A stretch of DNA of 46,371 nucleotides from Octopus bimaculoides (Eukaryota): positions 2,239,759 to 2,286,129 of the forward strand of contig NC_069009.1 of assembly GCF_001194135.2 (NCBI RefSeq), written 5' to 3'. The notes under the pieces were generated by a model. The model was not told the DNA's origin and did not search any database. It worked only from the letters and a program-made list of their open reading frames with translations. A program made the position numbers and the translations under genes. Of the stretch, positions 42,401-46,371 are shown piece by piece. Position 1 is the first letter of the stretch. Each line of letters starts with the position of its first letter.

Positions 42401-44149
42401 AAAAATATGACGCAAATATAGAAAGACGATTGTGGGAGCTTAAATAGATGTACGGGAAGACATTATAGAAGTAGAAAAATATCGTCAGCGAAATAATATA
42501 AAATAAGATTGATTCAACTTACAGAATTGTTAAACTCGAAAGATTTTGAAAGGTTTCTGCATTGATTTCCAGAATATCGTTGTCACGTAAATCCCTGCAA
42601 TGTAAAATTGAATTAAGTAGAACATTTCAGGAACAAATGTGTCGGAGAATATGTAATATTTTGCCAAAAGAATTGGATGGTGGACGAGAGGAAATGTAGA
42701 TTACCATTATGATGAACTTCAGGAACAACAACTATAACAACAGTAACAGCAACAACAAGCAACAGTAGAAGAATAGAAAAGAAATGTTTGGTGAAGAAGA
42801 GGAGGAAAGAGAAGAAAAAGTATCGGAGTTGGAAGATGCATAAGGAGAAAAAGAAGATAGGATGAAGAAGAATCAGACGGAGATGAAGAAGGAAGATAAG
42901 AAAAGGAAAAACGACTGGAAACACAAGCAGAAGATGTTGAAGTAGAAAATAATAAGTCGTAGAAGAACAGGACGAAGGAAATGAAGGGGAATATATGAAA
43001 ATGTCTGGTGAAGAATGGGGAGGAGGAGAAAATGTTGAATAAGATGAGGAAAGAGTATAAGAGAAGAAGGAGTATAAGAGAAGAAGTAGAAGTAGAAAAT
43101 GAAGAAGAAGGGAAAGAAAAGTCGAATCAGATGAAGGAATATAAAGGAGAAAAAGATAAAGAAGAGGAAAGAGAAAAGAAGAATAAAAATAAGAATAGGA
43201 TGCAACAGAAGAAGTATAATACTCGCATCTTTACATCGATCGTTTTATTACCAAATTCACACTGACTATTCACATCCCTCGTCACCCGATTTCACATCGC
43301 CAACCTTTCTCCGACTGATTTCCTTATCAACTTCACACTGAATGCAGTCCCTCGTCACCTGACTTCACACCAACTGTTCACATCGCATCTCATCGCCAAA
43401 TCGTCTCATCACCCAGCTCTGATCGCCAACTTTCACAAAGCCTATCTCTCTTCACCCAAATCTCATTGTCAACTGACCGATGCCATGCGTTCCATTGCCA
43501 GTTTAAATTGCCTCACAATAAAAACACAAAAGGAACGTGTAACATACTTTAAACTAGTCACATGATCATGAACATTATTTCTCATTACAATGAATTACGA
43601 TCCATTCTTGGTTTATTTTGTAGAACTATAGAACATTATTTCGATTAGTACCATTTAAAATTATATTATTCAAACTAATTCCGCCATTCTATACTCTCCT
43701 TCATAACAACAATATATGCAATACTTTTTGCTAACAACAGCAGTTTTCACACATTCCGTTCCCTGAAAAGTTCAGATACTGGTGTACAATACTGTAAGTT
43801 ATAGATTCCACATAAAAACAGTGAACGCTGGGTAATATATTGGCCACTTTTTACTCTAACATGTTTTAAAGCTGAGATCAACAACACAAGTTATTAGTCC
43901 AGAACATAAACAACAAGAATTTAAAACTTGGAATGTGGAAAATACGTAGAAAAGGTCGAATACTTACAGACGCGTAACATTCGGCGGAATAGATTGTGGG
44001 ACCGAAGTCAGTCCCCGAGATGAACAATCTATTTTTTCTTGAGAATATGTACAGCTACATATGCTGCAAACGTCTGACGCAGCATGTGACTCCAAACATA
44101 ATCTCATAAAGAGAACCAACACAAAAGTCAATTTGAATTGTTGGAACAT
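2034..44149 (-). CDS. Multi-exon extracellular leucine-rich-repeat protein: signal peptide + LRRNT + at least 28 24-aa LRRs; 3' end lies outside the window (below position 1)
   Basis: A 182-nt first coding exon ends in phase 2. It is followed by 28 intact 72-nt exons, each with AG/GT sites and no stop, which join in frame (CT|A or CT|G = Leu) to give xLxxNxIxxI/LxxxxFxxLxxLxxL repeats (at least 732 aa). No stop codon, LRRCT or TM domain is seen in the window. Confidence 0.88.
2373..2820 (+). mobile_element. tRNA-derived SINE (octopus-type) with internal (AT)n(GT)n
   Basis: A-box-like tggctgtgtgg, B-box-like ggttcagtccc, cttgggcaagtgtcttctactatagcc core and a short repeated tail (agtaaaag)2. 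Recognised as an abundant octopus SINE from memory, not by search. Confidence 0.8.
2940..3660 (+). mobile_element. L1/Tx1-like LINE ORF2 3' end with AATAAA and (ATT)n tail
   Basis: Decayed zinc-finger region (DKL..HGS...[16 protein letters not shown]), then gtggccaataaatgaaattattatt. Confidence 0.55.
4197..4241. repeat. (CA)n microsatellite
   Basis: Direct reading. Confidence 0.95.
4361..5961 (-). mobile_element. Mariner DNA transposon with both TIRs and a disrupted transposase; internal gap
   Basis: 30-bp TIRs ttgggttgtccggaaagttc(g/a)tgccgattt at 4361-4390 and 5932-5961 (1 mismatch); TA at the left end. ORF 4409-4762 contains FQHDNARPH and [16 protein letters not shown]. Confidence 0.92.
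5999..6070 (-). CDS. LRR exon, class A: [24 protein letters not shown]
   Basis: 72 nt, ttacag| ... |gtaagt, open. Confidence 0.88.
6578..6649 (-). CDS. LRR exon, class B: [24 protein letters not shown]
   Basis: 72 nt, ctccag| ... |gtaagt, open. Confidence 0.88.
8773..8844 (-). CDS. LRR exon, class B: [24 protein letters not shown]
   Basis: 72 nt, ttccag| ... |gtaagt, open. Confidence 0.88.
9241..9328. repeat. (GAA)n microsatellite; others at about 7279-7326, 33438-33508 and 41341-41431
   Basis: Direct reading. Confidence 0.95.
9829..9900 (-). pseudogene. Divergent LRR exon with non-canonical acceptor: [24 protein letters not shown]
   Basis: 72 nt, open, perfect |gtaagttg donor. The acceptor reads ttctatgttataa| where paralogues have ttctatgttccag|. 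Confidence 0.7.
11729..11800 (-). CDS. LRR exon, class B: [24 protein letters not shown]
   Basis: 72 nt, ttccag| ... |gtaagt, open. Confidence 0.88.
12300..13165 (-). mobile_element. Penelope-like element fragments (RT N-terminus and GIY-YIG-like tail)
   Basis: Minus translation [24 protein letters not shown] and [12 protein letters not shown] (Penelope FYGLPKxH motif); internally deleted. Confidence 0.65.
13259..13330 (-). CDS. LRR exon, class A: [24 protein letters not shown]
   Basis: 72 nt, ttacag| ... |gtaagt, open. Confidence 0.88.
14063..14134 (-). pseudogene. Degenerate LRR exon with dead donor: [24 protein letters not shown]
   Basis: Good acceptor (ttcttgtctttcag|) and exactly 72 nt of open LRR-like frame, but the donor reads |ctaatt instead of |gtaagt. 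Several consensus residues are altered. Confidence 0.7.
14835..15850 (-). mobile_element. 3' fragment of an RLE-type (R4/Dong-like) LINE
   Basis: Minus translation [28 protein letters not shown] (restriction-like endonuclease region) and [11 protein letters not shown]; decayed. Confidence 0.75.
16138..16209 (-). CDS. LRR exon, class A: [24 protein letters not shown]
   Basis: 72 nt with intact sites; one nt different from 13259-13330. Confidence 0.85.
16597..16668 (-). CDS. LRR exon, class B: [24 protein letters not shown]
   Basis: 72 nt, tttcag| ... |gtaagt, open. Confidence 0.88.
16915..16986 (-). CDS. LRR exon, class B: [24 protein letters not shown]
   Basis: 72 nt, ttccag| ... |gtaagt, open. 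Confidence 0.88.
17110..17500 (-). mobile_element. Related Penelope-like fragment
   Basis: Shares ccaattctcgacgacaatcagat..ttgcgtctgt with about 12575-12610. Confidence 0.45.
17520..18490 (+). mobile_element. L1/Tx1-like LINE fragments (ORF2 pieces and 3' end)
   Basis: ORFs 17521-17874 and 17881-18141 ([13 protein letters not shown]); 3' end homologous to 3340-3650 and 24470-24780. Confidence 0.55.
19276..19347 (-). CDS. LRR exon, class A: [24 protein letters not shown]
   Basis: 72 nt, ttacag| ... |gtaagt, open. Confidence 0.88.
20717..20788 (-). CDS. LRR exon, class B: [24 protein letters not shown]
   Basis: 72 nt, ttccag| ... |gtaagt, open. Confidence 0.88.
21130..21990 (+). mobile_element. 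Decayed LINE ORF1-like fragment
   Basis: Complex, non-microsatellite ORFs 21325-21735 and 21573-21854; ccggagtggatctg.agatattt is shared with 24413-24440; absent from the paralogous intron 31958-32703. Confidence 0.4.
22255..22326 (-). CDS. LRR exon, class A: [24 protein letters not shown]
   Basis: 72 nt, ctacag| ... |gtaagt, open. Confidence 0.88.
22983..23054 (-). CDS. LRR exon, class B: [24 protein letters not shown]
   Basis: 72 nt, tttcag| ... |gtaagt, open. Confidence 0.88.
23300..23371 (-). CDS. LRR exon, class B: [24 protein letters not shown]
   Basis: 72 nt, ttccag| ... |gtaagt, open. Confidence 0.88.
23979..24050 (-). CDS. LRR exon, class B: [24 protein letters not shown]
   Basis: 72 nt, ttccag| ... 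|gtaagt, open. Confidence 0.88.
24805..26326 (-). mobile_element. Internally deleted R4/Dong-clade non-LTR retrotransposon flanked by (TAA)n
   Basis: [49 protein letters not shown] and [11 protein letters not shown] (RT), fused to the C-terminal [19 protein letters not shown] and 3' UTR; frameshifted. Confidence 0.85.
26652..26723 (-). CDS. LRR exon, class A: [24 protein letters not shown]
   Basis: 72 nt, ttacag| ... |gtaagt, open. Confidence 0.88.
26900..27375. repeat. Minisatellite, 5 copies of an 87-96-nt unit
   Basis: ggtgttcgtgttgaagatgaggctgatgctggtggtagtgg at about 26927, 27022, 27109, 27196 and 27292, separated by variable (GGT)n(GAT)n. Confidence 0.9.
27811..27882 (-). CDS. LRR exon, class B: [24 protein letters not shown]
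   Basis: 72 nt, tttcag| ... |gtaagt, open. Confidence 0.88.
28670..29480 (-). mobile_element. 3' fragment of the same RLE-type LINE family, ending in (TAA)n
   Basis: [15 protein letters not shown] and [23 protein letters not shown]; 3' end runs into (TAA)n at about 28600-28668. Confidence 0.75.
29505..29760 (+). mobile_element. L1/Tx1-like fragment, also present at 35495-35760
   Basis: gtcgaacagttgttgtcgcgtgttggatggatctgactatc... is near-identical in both copies and homologous to 17890-18130. Confidence 0.55.
29893..29964 (-). CDS. LRR exon, class A: [24 protein letters not shown]
   Basis: 72 nt, ttacag| ... GT|gtaagt (junction codon Val instead of Leu), open. Confidence 0.85.
30540..30890 (-). 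mobile_element. Mariner transposase N-terminal HTH fragment
   Basis: ORF 30616-30924: [19 protein letters not shown]...[16 protein letters not shown], a Mos1-like HTH. Confidence 0.8.
30890..31095 (-). mobile_element. Second SINE family, partial, reverse orientation
   Basis: Reverse complement aggcggcgatctagcagaatcc...ctttcatcctttcttggtcgattaaataagtaccagttatgcactggggtcgatgtaat matches a common cephalopod SINE body as I recall it. Confidence 0.7.
31887..31958 (-). CDS. LRR exon, class B: [24 protein letters not shown]
   Basis: 72 nt with intact sites; one nt different from 20717-20788. Confidence 0.88.
32703..32764 (-). other. Gap-truncated copy of the class A exon at 33139-33210
   Basis: 32557-32764 repeats 32993-33200 across gap 32765-32992; probably an assembly overlap. 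Confidence 0.6.
33139..33210 (-). CDS. LRR exon, class A: [24 protein letters not shown]
   Basis: 72 nt, ctacag| ... |gtaagt, open. Confidence 0.88.
33938..34009 (-). CDS. LRR exon, class B: [24 protein letters not shown]
   Basis: 72 nt, tttcag| ... |gtaagt, open. Confidence 0.88.
34255..34326 (-). CDS. LRR exon, class B: [24 protein letters not shown]
   Basis: 72 nt, ttccag| ... |gtaagt, open; same peptide as 23300-23371. Confidence 0.85.
35153..35224 (-). CDS. LRR exon, class B: [24 protein letters not shown] (one of an identical pair flanking gap 34409-35087)
   Basis: 72 nt with intact sites. 35088-35306 repeats 34190-34408 across the gap, so one copy may be an assembly overlap. Confidence 0.6.
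35935..36006 (-). CDS. LRR exon, class A: [24 protein letters not shown]
   Basis: 72 nt, ttacag| ... |gtaagt, open. Confidence 0.88.
36361..36432 (-). CDS. LRR exon, class B: [24 protein letters not shown]
   Basis: 72 nt, ttccag| ... |gtaagt, open. Confidence 0.88.
37573..37644 (-). CDS. LRR exon, class A: [24 protein letters not shown]
   Basis: 72 nt, ttacag| ... |gtaagt, open. Confidence 0.88.
39085..39188. repeat. (TAG)n microsatellite; others at about 3655-3718, 18575-18618, 22409-22459 and 28281-28333
   Basis: Direct reading. Confidence 0.95.
39881..39952 (-). CDS. LRR exon, class B: [24 protein letters not shown]
   Basis: 72 nt, ttccag| ... |gtaagt, open. Confidence 0.88.
41926..41997 (-). 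CDS. LRR exon, class B: [24 protein letters not shown]
   Basis: 72 nt, ctccag| ... |gtaagt, open; paralogue of 6578-6649. Confidence 0.88.
42523..42594 (-). CDS. LRR exon, class B: [24 protein letters not shown]
   Basis: 72 nt, ttgcag| ... |gtaagt, open frame. Confidence 0.88.
43968..44149 (-). CDS. First coding exon: signal peptide + LRRNT cap ([61 protein letters not shown])
   Basis: Hydrophobic N-terminus; CxxCxC...[16 protein letters not shown] is a classic LRRNT. Donor CT|gtaagt at 43968/43967. Upstream acceptor ttcttttacag| at 44169 implies a 5' UTR exon further upstream that I could not locate. Confidence 0.92.
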
Positions 44150-45347
44150 ATTTTCAGACGTGGATTAATCTGTAAAAGAAGAAATTACAAAATACCAGAA
44201 ACTTCAATGTCATTTATTTCCCATTGGACATTCTTCGAAGGACAAAGATTGTCCCCTGTTCCATGAGANNNNNNNNNNNNNNNNNNNNNNNNNNNNNNNN
44301 NNNNNNNNNNNNNNNNNNNNNNNNNNNNNNNNNNNNNNNNNNNNNNNNNNNNNNNNNNNNNNNNNNNNNNNNNNNNNNNNNNNNNNNNNNNNNNNNNNNN
44401 NNNNNNNNNNNNNNNNNNNNNNNNNNNNNNNNNNNNNNNNNNNNNNNNNNNNNNNNNNNNNNNNNNNNNNNNNNNNNNNNNNNNNNNNNNNNNNNNNNNN
44501 NNNNNNNNNNNNNNNNNNNNNNNNNNNNNNNNNNNNNNNNNNNNNNNNNNNNNNNNNNNNNNNNNNNNNNNNNNNNNNNNNNNNNNNNNNNNNNNNNNNN
44601 NNNNNNNNNNNNNNNNNNNNNNNNNNNNNNNNNNNNNNNNNNNNNNNNNNNNNNNNNNNNNNNNNNNNNNNNNNNNNNNNNNNNNNNNNNNNNNNNNNNN
44701 NNNNNNNNNNNNNNNNNNNNNNNNNNNNNNNNNNNNNNNNNNNNNNNNNNNNNNNNNNNNNNNNNNNNNNNNNNNNNNNNNNNNNNNNNNNNNNNNNNNN
44801 NNNNNNNNNNNNNNNNNNNNNNNNNNNNNNNNNNNNNNNNNNNNNNNNNNNNNNNNNNNNNNNNNNNNNNNNNNNNNNNNNNNNNNNNNNNNNNNNNNNN
44901 NNNNNNNNNNNNNNNNNNNNNNNNNNNNNNNNNNNNNNNNNNNNNNNNNNNNNNNNNNNNNNNNNNNNNNNNNNNNNNNNNNNNNNNNNNNNNNNNNNNN
45001 NNNNNNNNNNNNNNNNNNNNNNNNNNNNNNNNNNNNNNNNNNNNNNNNNNNNNNNNNNNNNNNNNNNNNNNNNNNNNNNNNNNNNNNNNNNNNNNNNNNN
45101 NNTAGTAGAAATTATCGAAATAAGACAATTTTTTACATGAAATAAATTCGAATACAAAAATATTTTTCTGTTCTATAACACAAAATAGATAAGTATACGA
45201 AGTTTGAAAGTCTTTCGGTACCAAAAAACACTACATAAAACATAAATGAAAACTGGCGCCCCCGTTTTAAAATAGATCCCTACTCTCAGTTAAAGAAACC
45301 GAAGCGACCTCTGTTGACAACGCCACAATCACATCTACAATAAACCC

Positions 45348-46371
45348 ATGAACGCTGAGAACCACTACACAATAACATCGGCAGCGGAAATGTTTGCCAC
45401 GGAAACGGAAGCTCTTCGTCGTGGTTCTACGCTTAGAGATATCCACTTTCCTTCCCTGCTGTTCCTATCCAAGATCCCCTACCTATCGATCAGATCTAAG
45501 AAAACTTGTTCCAGGCCTTTGTATGAGTCTCCCAAGATCCTTCAGTGTAATCTATTTTTTCAATCCTTCCACACCATGTTGGAAACCTTTCCTCAAAACA
45601 CTGTACATTGTTGCTAGCGTCCCTACCAGAGCCTTTCCTTGTATAGGTTTGGAAATGTTGAAAGCATCAACAACCTCATTTCTTAAACTTTTCCCTTGGC
45701 TTGAGTTTGTAAACGTCATGTGTTCAACGTTTTACTTTCGGAGAACTATTTAGTTGGGAGACTCCTCCGTGAGATGTTGTTCTAAATGTTACGTCCATTG
45801 TAATTGATGTGATCATTGTTTTGGTTGCTTTTGGATGTGGTCCTTTTCTTACCCACCCCGATGTGACTCTCGCTGTTGTTTAGAATGTCGTTTCTGTTTC
45901 AGCTGTTGATGTTGTTGCTGCATGTTCGTCTCTTGTTGAAGTTGCTATTGTTGTGGGTGTTGTAATTGTTGCTTTATCGCTTTGACTAGGGACACTGTTT
46001 TTCGGCTTCTTGTACTTGGTGTACACAAATTGTGAGTATTTGGGGGTCAAGACACTATTTTCACCAAACCTCCCTACCCACTAGGATGCTACGGTGTCTT
46101 CTGAGACCATTTCTATATCTGAGAAATAGACTGGACTTTCATTTGATTTCTTCCGTATCGTTTGCTGTTGCTGTTGGTAAGGGTGGGCGTGGTCAGAAGA
46201 CTTTTTTACGCTTTTCCAAGTGGAAGTATGCTTTATGGCTCTAGTTGTCATGGTGGGTGCCGCTACCGCCCTCTTTGCGTTGGGAGCAGCGATGAAGAGC
46301 GAGTCATTGCTTTCAATTACACCATTGTAAAGCAGCCTTTAAGGTGTTCTATTTTGCCACAAATATAACAC
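45348..46371 (-). mobile_element. Possible decayed LINE ORF1-like remnant
   Basis: Minus strand begins CYICGKIEHLKGC (zinc-knuckle-like), followed by Thr/Gln-rich low-complexity coding-like sequence with stops. Confidence 0.3.

Noticed and set aside
2034-42594. CRISPR-like or prokaryotic repeat-spacer reading of the recurring caacttacagagttgttaaactggaaagat motif
   Set aside because: The motif is the exon 3' end plus GT-AG donor of a eukaryotic gene. Spacing is 0.3-2.7 kb or more and there are no cas genes.
43260-43500. C-rich segment with a short internal repeat (ccctcgtcacc.ga.ttcaca, twice)
   Set aside because: No TIR, ORF or splice signals; probably an unclassified repeat fragment.
43968-44149. 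Assigning a gene symbol (LGR/GRL101/slit/Toll/VLR)
   Set aside because: Only the ectodomain is visible. There are no LDLa repeats, 7TM, TIR or EGF domains in the window, so orthology cannot be supported.
924-46368. Long poly-K/E/L/S/V/M/Y ORFs and X-filled ORFs in the track
   Set aside because: They are translations of GAA/GAT/TAG/GGT microsatellites and N-runs, with no splice or domain support.

Overview
AT-rich, gap-ridden draft eukaryotic sequence (13 N-runs). The SINE families and microsatellite load look like an octopus/coleoid cephalopod; this is an inference from recognised repeat sequence. One minus-strand gene spans almost the whole window. A signal-peptide + LRRNT exon (44149-43968) is followed by a tandem array of 72-nt, phase-2/phase-2 exons, each encoding one 24-aa leucine-rich repeat. 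I count 28 intact non-redundant LRR exons, 2 extra copies flanking assembly gaps (one truncated), and 2 full-length exon-like units with one broken splice site each. More exons are probably hidden in gaps, and the gene continues past position 1, so the C-terminus and family (LGR-type GPCR, Toll/slit-like or secreted) cannot be determined. Each exon sits in a duplicated cassette with conserved intron arms. There are two alternating exon classes: acidic ELEVG/LPSL and basic, sequon-bearing KIKA/NLSSL. Variation concentrates at the concave-face LRR positions. Introns hold decayed mariner, R4/Dong, L1/Tx1-like and Penelope-like fragments, two SINEs and GAA/GAT/TAG microsatellites. Most long ORFs in the supplied track are microsatellite or N-run artefacts.
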